Positions 37,912-49,639 of a stretch of DNA of 51,749 nt are shown piece after piece. Each line of letters starts with the position of its first letter. Position 1 is the stretch's first letter. The position numbers and the translations under genes are program-made. The notes beneath the pieces were generated by a model, which made no database searches, was not told the DNA's origin, and saw only the letters and a program-made list of their open reading frames with translations. The DNA comes from Chiloscyllium plagiosum (Eukaryota), in contig NC_057720.1 in the NCBI RefSeq assembly GCF_004010195.1, positions 32,825,383 to 32,877,131 on the forward strand. Direction: 5' to 3'.

Positions 37912-38330
37912 AGTGCTGTGGATGTTATATATTTAGACTTTGAGAGAGCATTTGATATGCTGCAACATGCCAGGTAGGTTAGTAAATTAGAAATGTTTGG
38001 GATTGCTGGGTCCTTGGCAGCATGGATAAGCCGTTGACTAAAAGACAGGAAACGTGGGCAGCATAGTGGCACAGTGGTTAGCACTGTTGCCTCCAGCACC
38101 ACATTTTTCAACTTTCATTTTTCTCATCCAAGTCATCGGTATACATTATAAATAAATAATTGTGGCTCCAACACTGATCCCTGTAACATTCCACTAGTCA
38201 CAAGTTACAATCCTGAAAATGCTGCTTGTCCCAACTCCTTGTTGAGTATTAGTTAGCCAATCCTCTATCAATGCTAAAATACTACTTTTCAAACCATAGG
38301 CTGTCATCTTACTAAGTAGCCTATTGTGAT
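37912..38330. mobile_element. CR1 RT scraps in both orientations plus an HE1 head (38056-38100)
   Basis: AVDVIYLDFERAFD on plus; 'actgatccctgtaacattccactagtcac' (VTSGMLQGSV) on minus. Confidence 0.65.
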
Positions 38331-40466
38331 ATTAATCATTTAGTTTGTTCCAAACACACTCTGCATTTAAATAAAGAGCCATTAATTTGTCTATTCAGTT
38401 TTTAACCCCTTGACCCTGTTTGCTTGTTTTTACTCATGTTTGTACATTCTGTCTTTTCCTTCCCCACTCTGTGTATTATTACCTCGGTGGCTGTCCTGCA
38501 ATATCACCAAGCGTTTTGTTTTGTAAGACTGTTCTTTGCACCCCAAAATATTTTTTTTTAAAAAACTAGATTTTTTTACTTTCTACTTTATTTGTTTTTA
38601 CTTTATTTTGTAATTGCTTATGTCAACTTTTAGTCAACCAGTAGTACTTCCCTTATCAGTACGCACCAATTTACAATTCCAACATGGATGTTCCAAAAGA
38701 TAAACAATTCACCACTAATATCCAGTGTCAAAAAATGACAACACCGGAGGGATGTGACGATGTTTGTTCACTAATTTGGCTGAAATACAGACATTTCTCT
38801 TGGTCTCTTTATCCCTCATCTGACTTCAGAAATGTGCACTTTTGTTTACAATCGGTGCCCACATAGTGGTACAGTGATAGTGCCCATACCTCTGGACTGG
38901 GAGAGCCAGGTGCAAGTCCCACCTGCTCCAAAGGTGTGTGATAGTAACTCAGAACAGGTTAGTAAAAAAATACTTTTTTAAAAATGTACTTTTGTTTTAA
39001 TATAGGAAATAGTAGAAACTTAACATTGTATGTAGTTCTGACTTGATTTCGTGTTCCTTTTACATTTGTAAATTTTGACCTATATTAATCTCATTTCTTT
39101 GCTACATTTACAAAACAAGTGTAGCATTTTGTTTTGCATCAGTGCTGAAGTTTTGTAATACCCTCTAGAATTAGGGTCAAATAGGACTCTAATTGAAATG
39201 GAGAGTTCCTCTTTTGGGAAATTGTGTGCTGCTTTGTTTTGGTGTTTCTTTTTAGTTATGACCCTGCATAAAGCTGCAATATAAACCTAGTGCACAATAT
39301 TTTGTTTTGTTGCTTTTGTAAATAAAATGAATTAGAATTGAACTATTGTGAATTGTATAATTTTGTATTTCAATATTTGTATGCCACAGTTCAGATCAAA
39401 GAGAAGCAGATAGGTGTTTTGTAGGTGAAATGAATGCTGTTTCATATAGTCCTGGAGTTCATGCAATGCTTATGCTAAGTGAGGTTCGACTAGTTAATTC
39501 AGAGCAAGCATATTGGATCTTGGGTATTCGTACAGTGTGGAGGAACGGAACGCAGAGGAAAAGAAACTGTTGGCAGTGCTAAATAATACAGCTGTTCTAT
39601 TCTTTATTCTGTTTTCCAGGCCATCTGCCTCTTTTTGCTTTTGTCAAATACCTCTTTTTGTGGGTTAGAATTAGAAGTAAACAAAATGGAATGCAGTGTT
39701 CATTTAAACTATGTTATGCAATTTTTTAAAGGGGTGTTAGTTCTTTACTAGCACCATAAGAACAGAATAATTAATTTCATCAATGTAAATAAGCTTAGGC
39801 AAAGCTAAAAGAAAACAAAATCTTTCAATCTCCAATCTCAGTGTAAAGTATCCTTTCGAATCAGCTTGGTTGACATACACAAAAATGCGATCCATCTGTT
39901 TGTTACTGTCCTGAAGATGCTTCATATTTGATAGTTCTTGGAGAATTAGGGTCTTTTGTTTTAAGAACTGTGGAAAAATTGATTTATTCCAAGTTTTGTG
40001 GAAATGTCTGGTGTGGCTTCTTTGAGAGAGATCCATGACAGTCACCATGGATATTGCATTGCTGTTTAAACAAGGCTTTCTCGATAACTGCTTGCTTTGA
40101 TGTAGATCCTTGCTGGTGCTGTTTAAACAATGACTGGAAGGAGAGTTTCATTTTTTTTATATGGAGGGTAACAAGGGCAACCCAGCTATTTGTCCAATTT
40201 CTGAAATTGAATCTCCTTTTTTGCCTTTAGAGCGAAACCTCTTTGTTCTTCTCTAAGAGTGATTGCAAAAACTTCTCAATACTGTATTGCCTGAAGACAT
40301 TACAGAAGAACCACGTGATTACCATAGTGACTTGATCACACTTGCCAGAACATCATATTTTGGAATATTCTATGCTTTATCCTTTTTACCTTCTTTAACC
40401 AAAGTGTTCTTTATCAGCAAGCCAATCTCAGTGGAAAAATCTACTTTTTTTCCCCCCTGAAGAATG

Positions 40467-40469
<3 letters not shown>

Positions 40470-40497
<28 letters not shown>
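40470..40497. repeat. (GT)14 microsatellite
   Basis: Direct reading. Confidence 0.95.
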
Positions 40498-41068
40498 ATT
40501 TTTCAGAATATTTTGAGGGATAAGCATTTATAGTTCAATGTATCAATTGTGAATGTTGACCGTGTGTTGTATCTTCATTGAATAAGTTTTTTTTATTTTA
40601 AAAATTATTAATTGTATTTATGAAGAAAACTGGTAGATCTTTTCATGTTAATCCTAAAATAAAATAAGGTACTTAAAGATAATACCACCTTGATAACTGG
40701 ATAAAATAATTGTATTTTGTATTGTGACCCATGGAGTAGTGGGACTTCAGAAAATGTGCACTCACATAATGTCAGTTCTTTGGCTTCTTTTTGGATAATG
40801 CAGTTGGTTAGTTTAAGGAAGATTACAGAGTAAACCCAAGAGTGTCTCCAAGAAAACAAAGGTAAATACGAATGTCATTTGTTCAACTGACTAACATTCA
40901 AGTTTTTTAAAAACGAAACATTTCTGTGGAACTTTGTTGCTTTTATGGTAACAAAAACTTAGCAGAGATGGTGAAAAGTGCACTCTTATCGGGCTTGGGG
41001 TAAGAGTAACTTTATACATTGATTTATAATACCTACACACAATGTATAAAGAACAAATTTATCATTTT

Positions 41069-41566
41069 CGAGAGTGTGGTGCTGGAAAAGCACAGAAGGT
41101 CAGGCAGCATCCGAGGAGAAGGAGAATCGATGTTTCAGGCATAGGCCCTTCATCAGGAAGGAAGAGAGGACCTGGAGAGTACAGTGAGAGAGGGACTCAC
41201 TGAGGTCTTTGTAGATTGCCATTCTTGGAAGAGGCTTCGCACTAAGGTTGAAATCAACTAGGAGAAAGTGAGGACTGCAGATGCTGGAGATCAGTGTCAT
41301 AAAGTGTGGTGCCGGTCAGGCAGCATCCGAGGAGAATCGATGTTTCAGGCATAAGCCCTTCATCAGGAATGACCCTGGATCTCTGAGCTCCAGCATTTGC
41401 AGTCCTAGGAGAAAGTGAGGACTGCAGATGCTGGAGCTCAGAGATCCAGGGTCATTCCTGATGAAGGGCTTATGCCTGAAACATCGATTCTCCTCGGATG
41501 CTGCCTGACCAGCACCATACTTTATGACACTGATCTCCAGCATCTGCAGTCCTCACTTTCTCCTAG
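41069..41566. mobile_element. Composite PLE-derived insertion with three hammerhead motifs and a 149-bp-arm inverted repeat
   Basis: TSD ATTTATCATTTT (41057-41068) and ATTTGTCATTTT (41567-41578). Arms 41258-41406 and 41418-41566 (146/149). CTGATGA cores at 41150-41156 (-), 41360-41366 (-) and 41458-41464 (+). Confidence 0.88.
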
Positions 41567-41659
41567 ATTTGTCATTTTGTTTTATGCAATGCTGTGTTAA
41601 AGGAAGCTTCATTAGCTTGGGTTACTTATGACTTTACATACAGAGTAGAGACCCTTTTT

Positions 41660-42520
41660 GCAGGATGACACGAAGTTTGGTGGAGTAGCAGAAAGCATAA
41701 GGGACTGTTAAACAATACAGGAGAATATAGATAGACTGGAGACTTGGGCTGAAAAATGGCAGATGGATTCTAGAGTGAATTATATAATGAACAGAAGAGC
41801 CTTGGGAAAAGTTGATGGGCAGAGAGATCTGGGAGTGCAGGTCCATTGTACCCTGAAGGTTGCTGCACAGGTGGGTAGAGTGGTCAAGAAGGCATATAGT
41901 ATGCTTGCCTTCATTGGATAGGGTTATTGAGTATAAGAGCTGGCAAGTCATGTTAAAATTGTACTAGACATTGGTTCGGCCGCATTTAGAATACTGTGTA
42001 CAGTTCTGGTTGCCACGTTACCAAAAGGATGTGGACGCTTTGGAGACGGTGCAAAGAAGGTTTACGCGGATGTTGCCTGGTATGGAAGGTGCTAGCTATG
42101 AAGAAAGGTTGAGTAGGTTAGGTTTGTTTTCATTAGAAAGAAGGAGATTGAGGGGGGACCCGAAATAAGGTTTACAAAATCATGATGGGTATAGACAGGG
42201 TGGATAGAGACTAGCTTTTTCCCAGGCTGAAGGATTCAGTAACGAGAGGTCAGGCTTTCAAGGTGAGAGGTGGAAAGTTTAAGGGGGATACACGTGGCAA
42301 GTACTTCACACATAGGGTGGTGGGCCAGCAGAATTGGTAGAGGTAGGCACGATAGATTCATTTAAGATGTTTCTGGACAGATGTATGAGTAGGTGGGGAG
42401 CAGAGGGATTGAGATGCTTAGAAATTGGGCGACAGGTTTAGACAGTAGATTTGGATCGGCTCAGGCTTGGAGGGCCAAAGGGCCTATTCCTGAGCTGTAA
42501 ATTTTCTTTGTTCTTTGTTC
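41660..42520 (+). mobile_element. CR1 LINE 3' portion
   Basis: [37 protein letters not shown]; tail 'agggccaaagggcctattcctgagctg'. Confidence 0.93.
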
Positions 42521-45173
42521 TCTCTCTCTTCTATCTTCAAAGCAAAAAAGCTCAATAATATTGTAATTTTAATTTTATACACGAGCAATTCTTTGGCAGT
42601 GAACTTTTGAATTAGTGTCAAGTTAGTGACAATGTTTTGCTGTGGGTTCATTCACACTGGAAACTGGGATGAGACTGGCCAGTATTGTTTAATTGGGGTT
42701 TTACTGCCAACAGGACAGGAGATTTTCTTTTTGGTTATTTCTGGATCAGATGTTTCTCTGAACCCAGGGATGAAAGATCAGTATGCAGTTCCACTTTTCC
42801 TCCACACTACCATGCTGTGATCTCCTACTTTTTACTTCATTTTAAAAAATTCTCTGTTAATGCATAATTTGCCAACCTAAATTGAGCTGGCATTGTAGAG
42901 TATCTAGTGGGTGAGAAATTCTTCCCAAAATAAAAGTCTCCTACATGTGTAATCAGCAATGGAAACATATTGTATAAAAACCGTAACAAGGAAATGTGGA
43001 AAAGAACTACTTTATTTCAAAACAAAAAGTAAAGCAATAAGTGTTGGAATAGCCTCTTCTCAGTTTTTTTTTACCCTCTCCTATTCTCCTGAAGTTGCTG
43101 AGTTAAACTAGATAGTAAGCTTGGATATCAAAGGCAAGTTACAGACTACTCTTACCTTTTTGTGACGATACTAAATAACCTCCCAAAATATTAAAAACCT
43201 TATCCATGATGTGTCATTAACTTCAATAAATCTGATCTATCATGGTTAACTTGTGCTCTTACAGCAAATAGAATAGACACAAAATGATGTCTCATCATAT
43301 TTCAATAACAATGGTATTATTAGAGAAAGGGGGGATAGATCTGTTGATTCTCATGGCGAGAGAATTACATGGTGTAGTAAGTTTTAAATTGAGTCAAAAA
43401 TATTCAACAATATACACACATATCTAACTGTTGCCTGTGGTACTCGCACACAAAGACACATGAACAGACATACATATGGATACAACCAGTATGCAATTAA
43501 AAGCAACATATCACAGGTGATGGCAATCTTAAAGTGCTGGAAAAATTCTGGCAGTATGTGTGAAGGGAGAAACTGATTTAACATTTCAAGTCTAGTGACT
43601 TTTCTTGGGAACAACTAGTACATCAGTTTAGGTCTTTGGTTCAACATGTCATTTATACAACTCAAGCAAGCAAAATGAGTAATAGGCTTTATAAAATTGA
43701 AATTGGTGTTTTCTTTTCAGCTAACTTAATGGGTAAACACATTGCAGTGTGCAATACTGAGCTGCAGAACCCATGTTTTTCACAGATTTTTGTCTTTTGT
43801 GTTTTGGTCCTAGACTGTACTGTCTCAGCTATGAGAAGAAGTGCTGCACTAATCATCACCACATTTCCATCTTTGGATATTGACCTTGTTGCATAATGCC
43901 AATGGATATGGAGGGAGTTTAGCATCAGGGTTGGCACAATGCTCCCAGTGTGAAATAGCCCCACTAAGTATTGACCTCAAATAAACTATGACTTAAAAGA
44001 GGTGCTGTTGTATTGATGATGCCTGTGGAAACATGGCCCAGCATGAGTCACTACATTCAGTACATAAGAGGGGAAATTTGGAGAAAGAAGGTGAAATAGT
44101 TTGGTGATTTTCATTCTAACTTTGGATCAGCTGTGTATGCTTAGCTGGCATCTGCACTATTTGCATATTTGTGTTCCTTATTAAAATTCTGCAACCTGCT
44201 TTAAGTTGAAATTTTGACCTACATAATGCAAAATCAACAGCCTGTAAATAAAATTGTTAATTTGAAACAACACCCTCTAAAGGAAGATTAGAAAATGTAG
44301 GGTTTGTGTTGTGGTCAGGTTAGACTTTAAGCAGTTTGGCAAAGTCAAACAGAAGAGAATTGGCAAACCGCATTTCTTGGATCAGTTGCCACTAACAGCA
44401 GCATACTGTGTTGATTCTTAGGCCAATTGAGTTAGTGGTTTGGCTGAAGAAGGAATTTTCTAGCGAAATGAAACTGCCTTGCATTCCAAACAAGCAAATG
44501 TGGTCCGTCTGTCTGTTGAGCTGGAGATTTAAGTGGTGAATAAAATAAGGACTGGATGTTGTTTCCTTTTCTCCCTTTTTTAACCTTTTCTGGGACATGA
44601 TATTTATTAGAATAATGTTCAATGTTGTAGAAATGCAACTATTTTGGAGTTGTGGAATTACAGAAAACTGAACTCTGTTTTGCTTAATTCTTTTTGGTTG
44701 TAACTATTACAAATGAATTTTATTCAAGGAGAAAAATGTAATTCTTTATGTTCAAGTAGATTCAGTCACTGCATTACTGTGATCCTTGGTTTAATGCTTA
44801 ATTCTTAAATGACTTCCTCTTTCCTATGCTTAATTGGAAACTGTACAGTAACATGGTTTCTTATATATGTTAGTTCATCTGTCCAAGTCCTTGCTTTAGG
44901 ACATTTTGAATATATGTGACATCTGGTTTGTATTGCAATTGTTTTTAAACCAAGCATCAGTAAAATGATTTGAAGTTCACAGGGTGTCAATTATTTTTCT
45001 GTTTTTGCCTTTCGACACTCAAATGGCTACCATTGTCAATCATCAGGAGAAGGAGCCTCAGAGTTCATCTGATTTTACCAAGGCTGATACAGTAATTAAG
45101 ATCCCTGAACGGCTTATAAACCATGCAATAAAATGTGGCATTAGACTCGAGGAATTCCATATATTAAAAATAA

Positions 45174-45764
45174 AATTTGTGTTGCAGACGTTTCGTCCCC
45201 TTTCTAGGTGACATCCTCAATGCTTGGGACCCCCCTGTGAAGCGCTTCTATGTTGTTTCCTCCGGCATATATAGTGGTTTGTCTCTGCCGCTTCCGGTTG
45301 ACAGTTCCAGCTGTCCGTTGCAGCGGTCGGTATATTGGGTCCAGATCGATGTGCTGATTGATTGAATCTGTGGATGAGTGCTATGCCTCTAGGAATTCCC
45401 TGGCTGTTCTGTTTGTCTTGTCCTATAATAGTAGTGTTGTCCCAGTCAAACTCATGTTGCTTGTCATCTGCGTGTGTGGCTACTAAGGATAGCTGGTCGT
45501 GTCGTTTCGTGGCTAGTTGGTGTTCATGGATGCAGATTGTTAGTTGTCTTCCTGTTTGTCCTATGTAGTGACAACCGGAAGCGGCAGAGACAAACCACTA
45601 TCAATGCCGGAGGAAACATCACAGAAGCGCTTCACAGGAGGCTCCCAAGCACTGAGGATGTCACCTAGACAGGGGATGAAACGTCTGCAACACAAATTCC
45701 CTGCTTGGCGAACAGAACCACAACAATGAGCACCCGAGCTACAAATCTTCTCACAAACTTTTGA
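45174..45764 (-). mobile_element. Penelope/Poseidon-type element: GIY-YIG C-terminal fragment between inverted pseudo-LTRs
   Basis: Minus strand from 45570 reads HYIGQTGRQLTICIHEHQLATKRHD...EFDWDNTTIIG..REFLEA*HSS...IDLDPIY. Inverted repeats at about 45174-45302 and 45570-45698. TSD ATTAAAAATAAAATTTG and ATTACAAATAAAATTTG. Confidence 0.92.
45649..45688 (+). ncRNA. Minimal type I hammerhead ribozyme motif, core intact
   Basis: GCA, CTGAGGA, T, GTC-A-CCT-AGAC-AGG-G-GAT, GAAA, CGTC, TGC. Helix I is GCA/TGC, helix III is the palindrome ACGU, predicted cleavage after 45685. Confidence 0.7.
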
Positions 45765-46176
45765 ATTACAAATAAAATTTGACTTGCATTTTAATTCTTT
45801 AGCAGTGGGCGCAGATTCAGTTTAGACCATGGCTGATGGGTATCTCTTTTCTCTTGTTTGTACTCTAGATCCTTTTGATATCCTTATTAACAAAAATCTT
45901 ATCAATCTCTGTTGTAAACTTTTAAAATAGACTCAGCATCTCCAGTGTTTTGGGGAGCAAATTTTGATTTAGATTTCCATTTCCCTTTTGTGTAGAAAAG
46001 CCTTCACCCACCAAAGGAAATAGTTTACTTAATTAAATTCTTCAATTATCTCTTGCAACTCAATGTAACATTCCCTCAACCTTCTAAATGTAAGTAAATG
46101 CAGTTTGTTCTTGCAATTCAACCTGTTAAATAGTGGTATTGTTCTGGTAATGTATATTGAACTGCAACTATTGTAG

Positions 46177-46200
46177 GTTTGTTTGTTTGTTTGTTTGTTT
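46177..46200. repeat. (GTTT)6 microsatellite
   Basis: Direct reading. Confidence 0.95.
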
Positions 46201-46911
46201 ACTAAGTTTGTCACTTCCCCCTTTATAACTTCCCGGACCTATCTAAACAATTTCTTGTGCTTACTAGTTTAGCATAATCCTCCAACTTTGATATGGACTC
46301 CTCTGCCTTTATCCAAGTTACTAAAATCCTTAGTGAAAATCTGAAATCTCTACAAAGGCCTGGGGAAATACATTAGTCATATCATGCCAATCAGAATTTT
46401 AACATTATCTCTACTCTCTGTCACCCCATTGCAAACCAATTATTGATCCATATCACAAGATTACTTCCAATTCTATTCTAATTTGTGCTATAATGACTAG
46501 TGCTAAATTAATTAAATATCTTCCAGAAGAAGAGACAACATCCATACTGGTGACCACCACTATTTTAAAAAAAACAGCAAGCATAGTCAGGCATGACCTC
46601 CTTTATAATAATCCATTCTTTAAATTGATTGGTTGATGAATTGGGCAAGTTTTGAAGAATGTATTTAATCTGTTGAAATTGAGATTTGTCCACCTCCTTC
46701 AAATGGTGAATGTTTTATGAAACTAGTTTTGAGATTGATCCTTTTCAGTTTGATTCTGTAGTGTACCTACTTTGACATCTTTCTCTGGAGTGTTTGCCTT
46801 GACTCACAGCCAGTACTTTTGCTTCTTTAAGTGCACATTTTTTAATGTTGCCATTCACAGCCATTGGATGTTCTGTGCACTTTAAAGCCATTTAATACTT
46901 ATTGAGGTATT

Positions 46912-47400
46912 TTAATTTAGAAAATATGACAGCTAGTTTACACACAGTATGGTCACACTAACAAGAATGTGATAATGACCAGTTAAGCTGTTTTTGATGT
47001 TATGATTTGGAGATGCTGGTGTTGAACTGGGGTGTACAAAGTTAAAAATCACACAACACTAGGTTAAAGTCCAACAGGTTTAATTGGAAGCCCACAAGCT
47101 TTTGGAGCGTCGGTCCTTCGTCAGTTGGTAGTGACGCTCCGAAAGCTAGTGCTTCCAATTAAACCTGTTGGACTATAACCTGGTGTTGTGTGATTTTTTA
47201 ACTTTTTGGGTGATGTTGATTGAATCAAAAGATTCTGGATTCAAGTTTCATTTTAGAACTTGAGGTTTGTATACATAGTTTAGACTAATACTTCCATACA
47301 GTACTGAAACAAAGCAACATAGTTTAAGGTGTCTTATCAAAGTTAAAAGGATCTGTGTATCTTGAAGATGGGGATAATCGAAGGGAAGAGAGATTGCTGT
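46912..47400. mobile_element. DeuSINE remnants (minus-strand 3' part 46912-47001; plus-strand head about 47222-47400) around a PLE insertion
   Basis: 'aatgtgataatgaccagttaagctgtttt' is a reverse-complement match to 375-402. 'gattctggattcaagtttcattttagaacttgag...cagtactga' resembles a SacSINE1 head. Confidence 0.5.
47003..47205. mobile_element. Palindromic PLE-derived element (third family)
   Basis: Inverted arms 47038-47111 and 47133-47205. Minus-strand CTGACGA, A, GGA..TCC, AAAA, GCT, and a plus-strand half core 'ctccGAAAgcta'. Confidence 0.8.
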
Positions 47401-47838
47401 TGACCATTTGTGACATTTAAATTCATTAACAAATGTTGATGTAAAGCAGCGACCAGTTTCAAAAATGGGGATCTATGAGCAGAATAATGTATATTGTGGC
47501 TCCATGATTTGCAAGTTTTTTTTTAATTCGTAAAAGATGTAGAAGTAGTACTGAGTAGAAAAATGAGAACATCACATCAAACAAGATGTTGAATGTGTTG
47601 CAGGATCCCAAAGTGTTGAGTTATTCCTGGCCCCAAACAGCTGGAATGGGAGAAATCAGCCACACATACTGATGTGAGCACATTTCACCAATCAGAAGAA
47701 TGAATGTTGGGAATTGTGCATCCTCATGAATCAGGCTATGAAAGGCTTCTTTCGCAGACCCAGGAAAAGGCGAACAGTAAATGGGTTACAGAGTCATCTT
47801 TATCACAAAAACCGAAACATAGAGTTCAGTAATGTGTA

Positions 47839-49616
47839 TTGAATGGCAGAACCGTCTCAATGTGCTATTCAATGACCTACTCCTGCTCCTATTTTTTACG
47901 ATATTATTTGTACACTACATGAAAGAGATCAGCTGAAAACCAGACAGTCTGTCGGGTAAACCGGATAAATGGTCACCTTCGCTATGATTCAAACCTTGAT
48001 CGTCAAGATTTGAATCATACTTTTAATGTAATATATAAAATTCTGTCTTCTGTAAGTATGCACAGTGTATTCTGGACATTTTAAATTAGTAAGATTCAAT
48101 TTAATTAAATTTGACTGAAGAAACAAATTTAATATTTAAAAAGCATTTTTGGTCAACACAATAACACCGCTTGTGTTATAATGAAGTCTTTATTCCTTAA
48201 TGTTGCTTTTCTCTCAACACTTTGTATTGACTGCTTGCTTCACTTGCCCTCCCCCACCGTAGATTTGTTTTGATTCAAGATCCTTATAATTTAAATAATG
48301 TTTGTCAAACTGATGTATCATTTGAATGTGGCAAACCAAAGCAATTAGTATCCACTTTGAACATTTTCAACAACAAGTTTTCTGTTTTGAGCCGTGTTGT
48401 TAATTGACAGTGCTGCCACAGACTGTGCCACCAAAGTACCTATCAACTTAATATAATCTGTTCAGTTGGAGAAGCTCAGTATTTCTCCCTTCCCTAGAAA
48501 TCAGTGAAGGTTGCTCCTTAATTATTTGACTACTGATGCTGTATTTTTTAAAAAAAGCATTCTTAATATGATATGGGGACATCTAGTAAGACTCTCATTT
48601 GTTCATCTCTAATTGTCCTTTAACCACTTTGCGCTTCTCAACCATTTCAGAGGAAAATTCAGTGTTAACCATATTTCTGTAGGTCTGGAGTCACATGTAG
48701 GCCAGGTGAGGTAACTACTATCTACCCACAAGCCTACCTTCACTGATCAGTTGGCATTCCTACAACTTGTGCTTCAAGATTGCTTGTATTGGATAACCTA
48801 ATAAACATGACCTGAGTAATTTGCTCACTGTGCAAGATTGATGCTGGAATAAGGTGCACCAAAAGCTTCCTGATAACGCTGATCAGATAATTTAATGCTG
48901 TCCATCAGCAAACTCCTGAATGGGCTCAAGGTTATTACTTTCAGCTCTGAAAAGAGCCCAAACTTCTGATTATCTTGGAATGGTAAGCAATCTGAAAAAT
49001 TTAAGCAATGGGTGTGTTTCATGCAAATATGCATACCAACAGCAGTGGTATTTGCCACTAACAGAATGCTACTGTTGAGCCAAAAAGATATTCTGCATAT
49101 CACACAAGTGAGTAATACAGTATATATAAATTTAAGTGCCGGCGTGATGTTGAATATGTAGGCCAGACATCCCAATGACTGGCAGGTTATATCCAACAAC
49201 ATGTACCTTCACAAAAGGCAAAGTACTGATTGTATCCAAATAGCTTGCCTGTAAAACTCTCCATACCGTGTCCAACATTAGATTGATTGATTCTACAACT
49301 GGAAATATTTGTTAAATAATCAGGAATATGCTAAGAATTTGTCTTTCACAGACCAGGAAACAATGAATGTTAAGCAGGTTATAGGATGACTTTAACACAA
49401 TAACTAAAGCATAGAGGTCACTTACGATCATTGAATGGCAGAGCAGGCTCAATGTACTCCTGAATGACCTACTGCTACTCCTGTTTCTTACGATACGTGG
49501 AAGAGATCAGTTGAAAACTGGACTGTCTGTCTGGTAAATCAGATAAATGGCCACCCTAACTATGACGACTTTGATCAAAGAAAGATTATACTTTTTACGT
49601 AATATATAGAGTTCTG
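47839..49616 (+). repeat. Older dispersed direct duplication of about 200 bp (47839-48045 and 49431-49616)
   Basis: Both copies carry a CR1-like tail plus the same downstream sequence 'aagagatcag.tgaaaac..gac.gtctgtc.ggtaaa.c.gataaatgg.cacc'. Confidence 0.85.
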
Positions 49617-49639
49617 GTCCAATTAAGATACATTTAGGC

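Noticed and set aside
48825..49202. 125-aa minus-strand ORF
   Set aside because: No recognisable homology or coding-like composition.
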